DNA of 64,000 nucleotides, taken from Eledone cirrhosa. Its lineage: Eukaryota. Made by a program: the position numbers and the translations under genes. Within the stretch, counting starts at the first letter, position 1; each line of letters opens with the position of its first letter. This document shows, piece by piece, positions 25,790-39,470 of this stretch. A model generated the notes under the pieces. It saw only the letters and a list, made by a program, of their open reading frames with translations. It searched no databases and had not been told where the DNA came from. Location of the stretch: contig OZ024741.1 in NCBI GenBank assembly GCA_964016885.1, positions 7,874,001 through 7,938,000 of the forward strand. The letters run 5' to 3'.

Positions 25790-28700
25790 CCTAGACAGTT
25801 CTAAAGTTCCAGTGTTACCCTAGACAGTGGTAAAGTTCCAGTGTTACACTAGACAGTGGTAAAGTTCCAGTGTTACCCTAGATAGTAGTAAAGTTCCAGT
25901 GTTACCCTAGACAGTGGTAAAGTTCCAGTGTTAACCTAGACAGTTGGAAAGTTCCAGTGTTACCCTAGACAGTGTTAAATTTCCAGTGTTACCCTAGAAA
26001 GTGGTAAAGTTGCAGTGTTACCCTAGACTGTTGTAAAGATCCTGTGTTACCCTAGAACGTGGTAAAGTTCCAGTGTTACCCTAGACAGTGGTAAAGTTTC
26101 AGAGATACCCTAGACAGTTGTAAAGTTACAGTGTTACACTAGAAAGTGGTAATGTTCCAGTGTTACCCTAGACAGTTCTAGAGTTCCAGTGTAACTCTAG
26201 ACAGTTGTAAAGTTCCAGTGTTACCCTAGCCAGTGGTAAAGTTCCAGTGTTAACCTAGACATTTGTAAAGTTCCAGTGCTACCCTAGACAGTCGTAAAGT
26301 TCCAGTGTTAACCTAGACAGTTGTAAAGTTCCAGTGTTACCCTAGACAGTCGTAAATTTCCAGTTTTCCCCTAGACAGTGGTAAAGTTCCAGTGTTACCC
26401 TAGACAGTGGTAAAGTTCCAGTATTACCCTAGACAGTTGTAAAGTTCCAGTGTTGCCCTAGTCAGTGGTAAAGTTCCAGTGTTACCCTAGACAGTTCTAA
26501 AGTTCCAGTGTTACCCTAGACAGTGGTAAAGTTCCAGTGTTACCCTAGACAGCTCTAAAGTTCCAGTGTTACCCTAGACAGTTCTAAAGTTCCAGTGTTA
26601 CCCTAGACAGTGGTAAAGTTCCAGTGTTACCCTAGATAGTTGTAAATTTCCATAGTTGCCCTAGACAGTGGAAATGTACCAGTGTTACCCTAGACCGTTG
26701 TATAAATCGAGTGTTACCGTAGACAGTGGTAAATTTCCAGTGTTAACCTAGACAGTTGTAAAGTTCTAGTGTCACCCTAGACATTTGTAAAGTTCCAGTG
26801 TTACCTTACACAGTGGTAAAGTTCCAGTGTTACACTAGACAGTGGTAAAGTTCCAGTGTTACCCTAGATAGTAGTAAAGTTCCAGAGTTACCCTAGACAG
26901 TTGTAAAGTTCTAGTGTTACCCTAGACAGTTCTAAAGTTCCAGTGTTACCCTAGACAGTGGTAAATTTCCAGTGTTACCCCAGACAGTGGTAAAGTTCCA
27001 GTGTTACCCTAGACAGTTCTAAAGTTCCAGTGTTGCCATATACAGTTGTAAAGTTCCAGTGTTACCCTAGACAGTGGTAAATTTCCAGTTTTACCCTAGA
27101 CAGTGGTAAAGTTCCAGTGTTTCCCTAGACAGTGGTAAAGTTCCAGTGTTACGCTATTCAGTGGTAAAGTTCCAGTGTTACCCTAGACCGTTGTAAAGTT
27201 CCAGTGTTATCCTAGACAATTGTAAAGTTCCAGTGTTACCCTAGACAGTTCTAAAGTTCCAGTGTTACCCTAGACAGTTCTAAATTTCAAGTGTTACTCT
27301 TGACAGTGGTAAAGTTCCAGTGTTACCCTAGACAGTGGTAAAGTTCCAGTGTTACCCTAGACAGTTCTAAAGTTCCAGTGTTACCCTAGACAGTGGTAAA
27401 TTTCCAGTGTTACCCTAGACAGTGGTAAAGTTCCAGTGTTACCATTGACAGTGGTAAATTTTCAGTGTTACCCCAGACAGTGGTAAAGTTCCAGTGTTAC
27501 TCTAGACAGTTCTAAAGTTCCAGTGTTACCCTAGACAGTGGCAAAGTTCCAGTGTTACCGTAGATTGTTGTAAATTTCCAGTGTTGCACTAGACAGTGGT
27601 AAAGTTCCAGTGTTACCCTAGACCGTTGTATAGATCCAGTGTTACCCTAGACAGTGGTAAATTTCCAGTGTTACCCTAGACAGTTGTAAGGTTCTAGTGT
27701 TACCCTAGACAGTTGTAAAGTTCCAGTGTTACCCTAGACAGTCGTAAAGTTCCAGTGTTACACTAGACAGTGGTAAAGTTCCGGTGTTACCCTAGATAGT
27801 GGTAAAGTTCCAGAGTTACCCTAGACAGTTGTAAAGTTCTAGTGTTACCCTAGACAGTTGTAAAGTTCCAGTGTTACCCTAGACAGTTGTAAAGTTCCAG
27901 TATTACCATAGACCGTTCAATAGTTCCAGTGTTACCCTAGACAGTTGTAAAGTTCCAGTGTTACCCTAGAGAGTCGTAAAGTTCCAGAGTTACACTAGAC
28001 AGTGTAAAGTTCCAGTGTTACCCTAGATAGTGGTAAAGTTCCAGTGTTACCCTAGATAGTTGTAAAGTTCCAGTGTTACACTAGACAGTCGTAAAGTTCC
28101 AGTGTTACCCTAGACAGTCGTAAAATTCCAGCGTTACCCTAGATAGTTCTAAAGTTCCAGTGTTACCATATACAGTGGTCAAGTTCCAGTGTTATCCTAG
28201 ACAGTGGTAAAGTTCCAGTGTTACGCTAGACAGTGGCAAAGTTCCAGTGTTACCCTAGATTGTTCTAAAGTATCAGTGTTACCCTAGACAATTGTAAAGT
28301 TCAAGTGGTACCCTAGACAATTGTAAAGTTCCAGTGTTACCCTAGTCAGTTGAAAAGTTCCAGTGTTACGCTAGAAAATTGTAAAGTTCCAGTGTTACCC
28401 TAGAGAGTTGTAAAGTTCCAGTGTTACCCTAGACAGTTTTAAATTTCCAGTGCAAACCCTAGACAGGTCTAAAGTTCCAGTATTACCCTAGACAGTCGTA
28501 AAGTTCCAGTGTTACCCTAGACAGTCGTAAAGTTCCAGTGTTAACCTAGACAGTTGTAAAGTACCAGTGTTACCCTAGACAGTCGTAAAGTTCCAGTGTT
28601 ACCCTAGACATTTCTAAAGTTCCAGTGTTACCATATACAGTGGTAAAGTTCCAGTATTACCCTAGACTGTTGTAAAGTTCAAGTGTTACCCTAGACAGTG

Positions 28701-31700
28701 GTAAAGTTCCAGTGCTACCCTAGTCAGTGGTAAAGTTCCAGTGTTACCCTTGACAGTTCTAAAGTTCCAGTGTTACCCTAGACAGTTGTAAAGTTCCAGT
28801 GTTACCCTAGACAGTGGTAAAGTTCCAGTGTTACCCTAGACAGCTCTAAAGTTCCAGTGTTACCCTAGACAGTTCTAAAGTTCCAGTGTTACCCTAGACA
28901 GTGGTAAAGTTCCAGTGTTTCCCTAGATAGTTGTAAATTTCCAGTGTTGCCCTAGACAATGGTAAAGTTCCAGTGTTACCCGAGACAGTTGTATAGATCC
29001 AGTGTTACCCTAGACAGTGGTAAAGTTCCAGTGTTACCCTAGACAGTGGTAAAGTTCCAGTGTTACCCTAGACAGTTCTAAAGTTCCAGTGTTGCCATAT
29101 ACAGTGGTAAAGTTCCAGTGTTACCCTAGACAGTGGTAAATTTCCAGTGTTACCCTAGACAGTGGTAAAGTTCCAGTGTTACCCTAGACAGTGGTAAAGT
29201 TCCAGTGTTACGCTATTCAGTGGTAAAGTTCCAGTGTTACCCTAGACCGTTCTAAAGTTCCAGTGTTATCCTAGACAATTGTAACCTTCTAGCGTTACCC
29301 TAGTCAGTTCTAAAGTTCCAGTGTTACCCTAGACAATTGTAAAGTTCCAGTGTGACCCTAGACAGTTCTAAAGTTCCAATGTTACCCTAGACAGTTCTAA
29401 AGTTCAAGTGTTTCTCTTGACAGTGGTAAAGTTCCAGTGTTACCCTAGAAAGTGGTAAAGTTCCAGTGTTACCCTAGACAGTTCTAAAGTTCCAGTGTTA
29501 CCCTAGACAGATGTAAAGTTCCAGTGTTACCATATACAGTGTTAAAGTTCCAGTGTTACCCTAGACAGTGGTAAAGTTCCAGTGTTACGCCAGACAGTGG
29601 CAAAGTTCCAGTGTTACCCTAGACTGTTCTAAAGTATCAGTGTTACCCTAGACAGTTCTAAAGTTCCAGTGTTACCCTAGACAGTGGTAAAGTTCCAGTG
29701 TTACCCTAGACAGTGGTAAAGTTCCAGTGTTACCCTAGACAGTTCTAAAGTTCCAGTGTTGCCATATACAGTGGCAAAGTTCCAGTGTTACCCTAGACTG
29801 TTCTAAAGTTCCAGTGTTACCCTAGAGAGTTGTAAAGTTCCAGTGTTACCCTAGACAGTTTTAAATTTCCAGTGTAAACCCTAGACAGGTCTAAAGTTCC
29901 AGTATTACCCTAGACAGTCGTAAAGTTCCAGTGTTACCCTAGACAGTGGTAAAGTTCCAGTGTTACCCTAGACAGTGGTAGAGTTCCAGTATTACCCTAG
30001 ACAGTTGTAAAGTTCCAGTGTTACCCTAGTCAGAGGTAAAGTTCCAGTGTTTCCCTAGATAGTGGTAAAGTTCCAGAGTTACCCTACACAGTTTTAAAGT
30101 TCTAGTGTTACCCTAGACAGTTCTAAAGTTCCAGTGTTACCCTAGACAGTGGTAAAGTTCCAGTGTTACCCTAGACAGTGGTAAAGTTCCAGTGTTACCC
30201 TAGACAGTTCTAAAGTTCCAGTGTTGCCATATACAGTGGTAAAGTTCCAGTGTTACCCTAGACAGTGGTAAATTTCCAGTGTTACCCTAGACAGTGGTAA
30301 AGTTCCAGTGTTACCCTAGACAGTGGTAAAGTTCCAGTGTTACGCTATTCAGTGGTAAAGTTCCAGTGTTACCCTAGACCGTTCTAAAGTTCCAGTGTTA
30401 TCCTAGACAATTGTAACCTTCTAGTGTTACCCTAGACAGTTCTAAATTTCCAGTGTTACCCTAGTTAATTGTAAAGTTCCAGTGTGACCCTAGACAATTC
30501 TAAAGTTCCAGTGTTACCCTAGACAGTTCTAAAGTTCAAGTGTTTCTCTTGACAGTGGTAAAGTTCCAGTGTTACCCTAGACAGTGGTAAAGTTCCAGTG
30601 TTACCCTAGACAGTTCTAAAGTTCCAGTGTTACCCTAGACAGATGTAAAGTTCCAGTGTTACCATATACAGTGTTAAAGTTCCAGTGTTACTCTAGACAG
30701 TGGTAAAGTTCCAGTGTTACGCCAGACAGTGGCAAAGTTCCAGTGTTACCCTAGACTGTTCTAAAGTATCAGTGTTACCCTAGACAGTTCTAATGTTTCA
30801 GTGTTACCCTAGAGAGTGGTAAAGTTCCAGTGTTACCCTAGACAGTGGTAAAGTTCCAGTGTTACCCTAGACAGTTCTAAAGTTCCAGTGTTGCCATATA
30901 CAGTGGCAAAGTTCCAGTGTTACCCTAGACTGTTCTAAAGTTCCAGTGTTACCCTAGAGAGTTGTAAAGTTCCAGTGTTACCCTAGACAGTTTTAAATTT
31001 CCAGTGTAAACCCTAGACAGGACTAAAGTTCCAGTATTACCCTAGACAGTCGTAAAGTTCCAGTGTTACCCTAGACTGTGGTAAAGTTCCAGTGTTACCC
31101 TAGACAGTGGTAAAGTTCCAGTATTACCCTAGACAGTTGTAAAGTTCCAGTGTTGCCCGAGACAGTGGTAAAGTTCCAGTGTTACCCTAGACCGTTCTAT
31201 AGTTCCAGTGTTACCCTAGAGAGTTGTAAAGTTGCAGTGTTAACCTAGACAGTTCTAAAGTTCCAGCGTTACCACCATATACAGTGGTAAAGTTCCAGTG
31301 TTACCCTAGACAGTCGTAAAGTTCCAGTGTTACCCTAGACAGTTCTAAAGTTCCAGCGTTACCACCATATACAGTGGTAAAGTTCCAGTTTTACCCTAGA
31401 CAGTGGTAATGTTCCAGTGTTACCCTAGACAGTGGTAAAGTTCCAGTGTTACGCTAGACAGTGGTAAAGTTCCAGTGTTACCCTAGACAGTTCTAAAGTT
31501 CCAGTGTTACCCTAGACAGTTGTAAAGTTCCAGTGATACCCTAGACAGTGGTAAAGTTCCAGTGTTACCCTAGACAGTTCTAAAGTTCCAGTGTTACCCT
31601 AGACAGTTCTAAAGTTCCATTGTTACGCTAGATAATTGTAAAGTTCCAGTGTTACCCTAGACAGTTGTAAAGTTCCAGTGTTACCCTAGACAGTTGTAAA

Positions 31701-34700
31701 GTTCCAGTGTTACCCTAGACAGATTTAAAGTTCCAGTATTACCATAGACTGTGGTAAAGTTCCAGTGTTACGCTAGACAGTGGTAAAGTTCCACTGTTAC
31801 GATAGACAGTCGTAAAATTCCAGTGTTACCCGAGACTGTGGTAAAGTTCCAGTGTTACGCCAGACAGTGGCAAAGTTGCAGTGTTACCCTAGTCAGTTCT
31901 AAAGTTCCAGTGTTACCCTAGACAGTGGTAAAGTTCCAGTGTTACCCTAGACAGTGGTAAAGTTCCAGTGTTACCCTAGACAGTTCTAAAGTTTCAGTGT
32001 TGCCATATACAGTGGCAAAGATCCAGTGTTACCCTAGACTGTTCTAAAGTTCCAGTGTTACCCTAGAGAGTTGTAAAGTTCCAGTGTTACCCTAGACAGT
32101 TTTAAATTTCCAGTGTAAACCCTAGACAGGTCTAAAGTTCCAGTATTACCCTAGACAGTCGTAAAGTTCCAGTGTTACCCTAGACAGTGGTAACGTTCCA
32201 GTGTTACCCTAGACAGTGGTAAAGTTCCAGTATTACCCTAGACAGTTGTAAAGTTCCAGTGTTGCCCGAGACAGAGGTAAAGTTCCAGTGTTACCCTAGA
32301 CCGTTCTATAGTTCCAGTGTTACCCTAGAGAGTCGTAAAGTTCCAGTGTTAACCTAGACAGTTGTAAAGTTCCAGTGTTACCCTAGACAGTCGTAAAGTT
32401 TCAGTGTTACCCTAGACAGTTCTAAAGTTCCAGTGTTACCACCATATACAGTGGTAAAGTTCCAGTGTTACCCTAGACAGTGGTAAAGTTCCAGTGTTAC
32501 CCTAGACAGTGGTAAAGTTCCAGTGTTACGCTATTCAGTGGTAAAGTTCCAGTGTTACCCTAGACCGTTCTAAAGTTCCGGTGTTATCCTAGACAATTGT
32601 AACCTTCTAGTGTTACCCTAGACAGTTCTAAATTTCCAGTGTTACCCTAGTTAATTGTAAAGTTCCAGTGTGACCCTAGACAGTTCTAAAGTTCCAGTGT
32701 TACCCTAGACAGTTCTAAAGTTCCAGTGTTACCCTAGACAGTGGTAAAGTTCCAGTGTTACACTAGACAGTGGTAAAGTTCCAGTGTTACCCTAGATAGT
32801 AGTAAAGTTCCAGTGTTACCCTAGACAGTGGTAAAGTTCCAGTGTTAACCTAGACAGTTGGAAAGTTCCAGTGTTACCCTAGACAGTGTTAAATTTCCAG
32901 TGTTACCCTAGAAAGTGGTAAAGTTGCAGTGTTACCCTAGACTGTTGTAAAGATCCTGTGTTACCCTAGAACGTGGTAAAGTTCCAGTGTTACCCTAGAC
33001 AGTGGTAAAGTTTCAGAGATACCCTAGACAGTTGTAAAGTTACAGTGTTACACTAGAAAGTGGTAATGTTCCAGTGTTACCCTAGACAGTTCTAGAGTTC
33101 CAGTGTAACTCTAGACAGTTGTAAAGTTCCAGTGTTACCCTAGCCAGTGGTAAAGTTCCAGTGTTAACCTAGACATTTGTAAAGTTCCAGTGCTACCCTA
33201 GACAGTCGTAAAGTTCCAGTGTTAACCTAGACAGTTGTAAAGTTCCAGTGTTACCCTAGACAGTCGTAAATTTCCAGTGTTACCCTAGACAGTCGTAAAT
33301 TTCCAGTTTTACCCTAGACAGTGGTAAAGTTCCAGTGTTACCCTAGACAGTGGTAAAGTTCCAGTATTACCCTAGACAGTTGTAAAGTTCCAGTGTTGCC
33401 CTAGTCAGTGGTAAAGTTCCAGTGTTACCCTAGACAGTTCTAAAGTTCCAGTGTTACCCTAGACAGTGGTAAAGTTCCAGTGTTACCCTAGACAGCTCTA
33501 AAGTTCCAGTGTTACCCTAGACAGTTCTAAAGTTCCAGTGTTACCCTAGACAGTGGTAAAGTTCCAGTGTTACCCTAGATAGTTGTAAATTTCCATAGTT
33601 GCCCTAGACAGTGGAAATGTACCAGTGTTACCATAGACCGTTGTATAAATCGAGTGTTACCGTAGACAGTGGTAAATTTCCAGTGTTAACCTAGACAGTT
33701 GTAAAGTTCTAGTGTCACCCTAGACATTTGTAAAGTTCCAGTGTTACCTTACACAGTGGTAAAGTTCCAGTGTTACACTAGACAGTGGTAAAGTTCCAGT
33801 GTTACCCTAGATAGTAGTAAAGTTCCAGAGTTACCCTAGACAGTTGTAAAGTTCTAGTGTTACCCTAGACAGTTCTAAAGTTCCAGTGTTACCCTAGACA
33901 GTGGTAAATTTCCAGTGTTACCCCAGACAGTGGTAAAGTTCCAGTGTTACCCTAGACAGTTCTAAAGTTCCAGTGTTGCCATATACAGTTGTAAAGTTCC
34001 AGTGTTACCCTAGACAGTGGTAAATTTCCAGTTTTACCCTAGACAGTGGTAAAGTTCCAGTGTTTCCCTAGACAGTGGTAAAGTTCCAGTGTTACGCTAT
34101 TCAGTGGTAAAGTTCCAGTGTTACCCTAGACCGTTGTAAAGTTCCAGTGTTATCCTAGACAATTGTAAAGTTCCAGTGTTACCCTAGACAGTTCTAAAGT
34201 TCCAGTGTTACCCTAGACAGTTCTAAAGTTCAAGTGTTACTCTTGACAGTGGTAAAGTTCCAGTGTTACCCTAGACAGTGGTAAAGTTCCAGTGTTACCC
34301 TAGACAGTTCTAAAGTTCCAGTGTTACCCTAGACAGTGGTAAATTTCCAGTGTTACCCTAGACAGTGGTAAAGTTCCAGTGTTACCATTGACAGTGGTAA
34401 ATTTTCAGTGTTACCCCAGACAGTGGTAAAGTTCCAGTGTTACTCTAGACAGTTCTAAAGTTCCAGTGTTACCCTAGACAGTGGCAAAGTTCCAGTGTTA
34501 CCGTAGATTGTTGTAAATTTCCAGTGTTGCACTAGACAGTGGTAAAGTTCCAGTGTTACCCTAGACCGTTGTATAGATCCAGTGTTACCCTAGACAGTGG
34601 TAAATTTCCAGTGTTACCCTAGACAGTTGTAAGGTTCTAGTGTTACCCTAGACAGTTGTAAAGTTCCAGTGTTACCCTAGACAGTCGTAAAGTTCCAGTG

Positions 34701-37700
34701 TTACACTAGACAGTGGTAAAGTTCCGGTGTTACCCTAGATAGTGGTAAAGTTCCAGAGTTACCCTAGACAGTTGTAAAGTTCTAGTGTTACCCTAGACAG
34801 TTGTAAAGTTCCAGTGTTACCCTAGACAGTTGTAAAGTTCCAGTATTACCATAGACCGTTCAATAGTTCCAGTGTTACCCTAGACAGTTGTAAAGTTCCA
34901 GTGTTACCCTAGAGAGTCGTAAAGTTCCAGAGTTACACTAGACAGTGTAAAGTTCCAGTGTTACCCTAGATAGTGGTAAAGTTCCAGTGTTACCCTAGAT
35001 AGTTGTAAAGTTCCAGTGTTACACTAGACAGTCGTAAAGTTCCAGTGTTACCCTAGACAGTCGTAAAATTCCAGTGTTACCCTAGATAGTTCTAAAGTTC
35101 CAGTGTTACCATATACAGTGGTCAAGTTCCAGTGTTATCCTAGACAGTGGTAAAGTTCCAGTGTTACGCTAGACAGTGGCAAAGTTCCAGTGTTACCCTA
35201 GATTGTTCTAAAGTATCAGTGTTACCCTAGACAATTGTAAAGTTCCAGTGGTACCCTAGACAATTGTAAAGTTCCAGTGTTACCCTTGTCAGTTGAAAAG
35301 TTCCAGTGTTACGCTAGAAAATTGTAAAGTTCCAGTGTTACCCTAGACAGTTTTAAATTTCCAGTGCAAACCCTAGACAGGTCTAAAGTTCCAGTATTAC
35401 CCTAGACAGTCGTAAAGTTCCAGTGTTACCCTAGACAGTCGTAAAGTTCCAGTGTTAACCTAGACAGTTGTAAAGTACCAGTGTTACCCTAGACAGTCGT
35501 AAAGTTCCAGTGTTACCCTAGACATTTCTAAAGTTCCAGTGTTACCATATACAGTGGTAAAGTTCCAGTATTACCCTAGACAGTTGTAAAGTTCAAGTGT
35601 TACCCTAGACAGTGGTAAAGTTCCAGTGCTACCCTAGTCAGTGGTAAAGTTCCAGTGTTACCCTTGACAGTTCTAAAGTTCCAGTGTTACCCTAGACAGT
35701 TGTAAAGTTCCAGTGTTACCCTAGACAGTGGTAAAGTTCCAGTGTTACCCTAGACAGCTCTAAAGTTCCAGTGTTACCCTAGACAGTTCTAAAGTTCCAG
35801 TGTTACCCTAGACAGTGGTAAAGTTCCAGTGTTTCCCTAGATAGTTGTAAATTTCCAGTGTTGCCCTAGACAATGGTAAAGTTCCAGTGTTACCCGAGAC
35901 AGTTGTATAGATCCAGTGTTACCCTAGACAGTGGTAAAGTTCCAGTGTTACCCTAGACAGTGGTAAAGTTCCAGTGTTACCCTAGACAGTTCTAAAGTTC
36001 CAGTGTTGCCATATACAGTGGTAAAGTTCCAGTGTTACCCTAGACAGTGGTAAATTTCCAGTGTTACCCTAGACAGTGGTAAAGTTCCAGTGTTACCCTA
36101 GACAGTGGTAAAGTTCCAGTGTTACGCTATTCAGTGGTAAAGTTCCAGTGTTACCCTAGACCGTTCTAAAGTTCCAGTGTTATCCTAGACAATTGTAACC
36201 TTCTAGCGTTACCCTAGTCAGTTCTAAAGTTCCAGTGTTACCCTAGACAATTGTAAAGTTCCAGTGTGACCCTAGACAGTTCTAAAGTTCCAATGTTACC
36301 CTAGACAGTTCTAAAGTTCAAGTGTTTCTCTTGACAGTGGTAAAGTTCCAGTGTTACCCTAGACAGTGGTAAAGTTCCAGTGTTACCCTAGACAGTTCTA
36401 AAGTTCCAGTGTTACCCTAGACAGATGTAAAGTTCCAGTGTTACCATATACAGTGTTAAAGTTCCAGTGTTACCCTAGACAGTGGTAAAGTTCCAGTGTT
36501 ACGCCAGACAGTGGCAAAGTTCCAGTGTTACCCTAGACTGTTCTAAAGTATCAGTGTTACCCTAGACAGTTCTAATGTTCCAGTGTTACCCTAGACAGTG
36601 GTAAAGTTCCAGTGTTACCCTAGAGAGTGGTAAAGTTCCAGTGTTACCCTAGACAGTTCTAAAGTTCCAGTGTTGCCATATACAGTGGCAAAGTTCCAGT
36701 GTTACCCTAGACTGTTCTAAAGTTCCAGTATTACCCTAGAGAGTTGTAAAGTTCCAGTGTTACCCTAGACAGTTTTAAATTTCCAGTGTAAACCCTAGAC
36801 AGGTCTAAAGTTCCAGTATTACCCTAGACAGTCGTAAAGTTCCAGTGTTACCCTAGACAGTGGTAAAGTTCCAGTGTTACCCTAGACAGTGGTAGAGTTC
36901 CAGTATTACCCTAGACAGTTGTAAAGTTCCAGTGTTACCCTAGTCAGAGGTAAAGTTCCAGTGTTTCCCTAGATAGTGGTAAAGTTCCAGAGTTACCCTA
37001 CACAGTTTTAAAGTTCTAGTGTTACCCTAGACAGTTCTAAAGTTCCAGTGTTACCCTAGACAGTGGTAAAGTTCCAGTGTTACCCTAGACAGTGGTAAAG
37101 TTCCAGTGTTACCCTAGACAGTTCTAAAGTTCCAGTGTTGCCATATACAGTGGTAAAGTTCCAGTGTTACCCTAGACAGTGGTAAATCTCCAGTGTTACC
37201 CTAGACAGTGGTAAAGTTCCAGTGTTACCCTAGACAGTGATAAAGTTCCAGTGTTACGCTATTCAGTGGTAAAGTTCCAGTGTTACCCTAGACCGTTCTA
37301 AAGTTCCAGTGTTATCCTAGACAATTGTAACCTTCTAGTGTTACCCTAGACAGTTCTAAATTTCCAGTGTTACCCTAGTTAATTGTAAAGTTCCAGTGTG
37401 ACCCTAGACAGTTCTAAAGTTCCAGTGTTACCCTAGACAGTTCTAAAGTTCAAGTGTTTCTCTTGACAGTGGTAAAGTTCCAGTGTTACCCTAGACAGTG
37501 GTAAAGTTCCAGTGTTACCCTAGACAGTTCTAAAGTTCCAGTGTTACCCTAGACAGATGTAAAGTTCCAGTGTTACCATATACAGTGTTAAAGTTCCAGT
37601 GTTACTCTAGACAGTGGTAAAGTTCCAGTGTTACGCCAGACAGTGGCAAAGTTCCAGTGTTACCCAAGACTGTTCTAAAGTATCAGTGTTACCCTAGACA

Positions 37701-39470
37701 GTTCTAATGTTCCAGTGTTACCCTAGAGAGTGGTAAAGTTCCAGTGTTACCCTAGACAGTTCTAAAGTTCCAGTGTTGCCATATACAGTGGCAAAGTTCC
37801 AGTGTTACCCTAGACTGTTCTAAAGTTCCAGTGTTACCCTAGAGAGTTGTAAAGTTCCAGTGTTACCCTAGACAGTTTTAAATTTCCAGTGTAAACCCTA
37901 GACAGGACTAAAGTTCCAGTATTACCCTAGACAGTCGTAAAGTTCCAGTGTTACCCTAGACTGTGGTAAAGTTCCAGTGTTACCCTAGACAGTGGTAAAG
38001 TTCCAGTATTACCCTAGACAGTTGTCAAGTTCCAGTGTTGCCCGAGACAGTGGTAAAGTTCCAGTGTTACCCTAGACCGTTCTATAGTTCCAGTGTTACC
38101 CTAGAGAGTTGTAAAGTTGCAGTGTTAACCTAGACAGTTGTAAAGTTCCAGTGTTACCCTAGACAGTCGTAAAGTTCCAGTGTTACCCTAGACAGTTCTA
38201 AAGTTCCAGCGTTACCACCATATACAGTGGTAAAGTTCCAGTTTTACCCTAGACAGTGGTAATGTTCCAGTGTTACCCTAGACAGTGGTAAAGTTCCAGT
38301 GTTACGCTAGACAGTGGTAAAGTTCCAGTGTTACCCTAGACAGTTCTAAAGTTCCAGTGTTACCCTAGACAGTTGTAAAGTTCCAGTGTTACCCTAGACA
38401 GTGGTAAAGTTCCAGTGTTACCCTAGACAGTTCTAAAGTTCCAGTGTTACCCTAGACAGTTCTAAAGTTCCAGTGTTACGCTAGATAATTGTAAAGTTCC
38501 AGTGTTACCCTAGACAGTTGTAAAGTTCCAGTGTTACCCTAGACAGTTGTAAAGTTCCAGTGTTACCCTAGACAGATTTAAAGTTCCAGTATTACCATAG
38601 ACTGTGGTAAAGTTCCAGTGTTACGCTAGACAGTGGTAAAGTTCCACTGTTACGATAGACAGTCGTAAAATTCCAGTGTTACCCGAGACTGTGGTAAAGT
38701 TCCAGTGTTACGCCAGACAGTGGCAAAGTTCCAGTGTTACCCTAGACAGTTCTAAAGTTTCAGTGTTGCCATATACAGTGGCAAAGTTCCAGTGTTACCC
38801 TAGACTGTTCTAAAGTTCCAGTGTTACCCTAGAGAGTTGTAAAGTTCCAGTGTTACCCTAGACAGTTTTAAATTTCCAGTGTAAACCCTAGACAGGTCTA
38901 AAGTTCCAGTATTACCCTAGACAGTCGTAAAGTTCCAGTGTTACCCTAGACAGTGGTAAAGTTCCAGTGTTACCCTAGACAGTGGTAAAGTTCCAGTATT
39001 ACCCTAGACAGTTGTAAAGTTCCAGTGTTGCCCGAGACAGAGGTAAAGTTCCAGTGTTACCCTAGACCGTTCTATAGTTCCAGTGTTACCCTAGAGAGTC
39101 GTAAAGTTCCAGTGTTAACCTAGACAGTTGTAAAGTTCCAGTGTTACCCTAGACAGTCGTAAAGTTTCAGTGTTACCCTAGACAGTTCTAAAGTTCCAGT
39201 GTTACCACCATATACAGTGGTAAAGTTCCAGTGTTACCCTAGACAGTGGTAAAGTTCCAGTGTTACCCTAGACAGTGGTAAAGTTCCAGTGTTACGCTAT
39301 TCAGTGGTAAAGTTCCAGTGTTACCCTAGACCGTTCTAAAGTTCCAGTGTTATCCTAGACAATTGTAACCTTCTAGTGTTACCCTAGACAGTTCTAAATT
39401 TCCAGTGTTACCCTAGTTAATTGTAAAGTTCCAGTGTGACCCTAGACAGTTCTAAAGTTCCAGTGTTACC
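25790..39470 (+). repeat. Tandem duplication of an about 6.9-kb (about 238-monomer) block, junction near 32710
   Basis: TTGTAAAGATCCTG at 26031/32945 (6914); CATAGTTGCC at 26651/33594 (6943, one extra monomer); TGCAAACCC at 28451/35365 (6914); CAGAGGTAAA at 30031/36945 (6914); GATAGACAG at 31801/38654 (6853). Confidence 0.9.
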
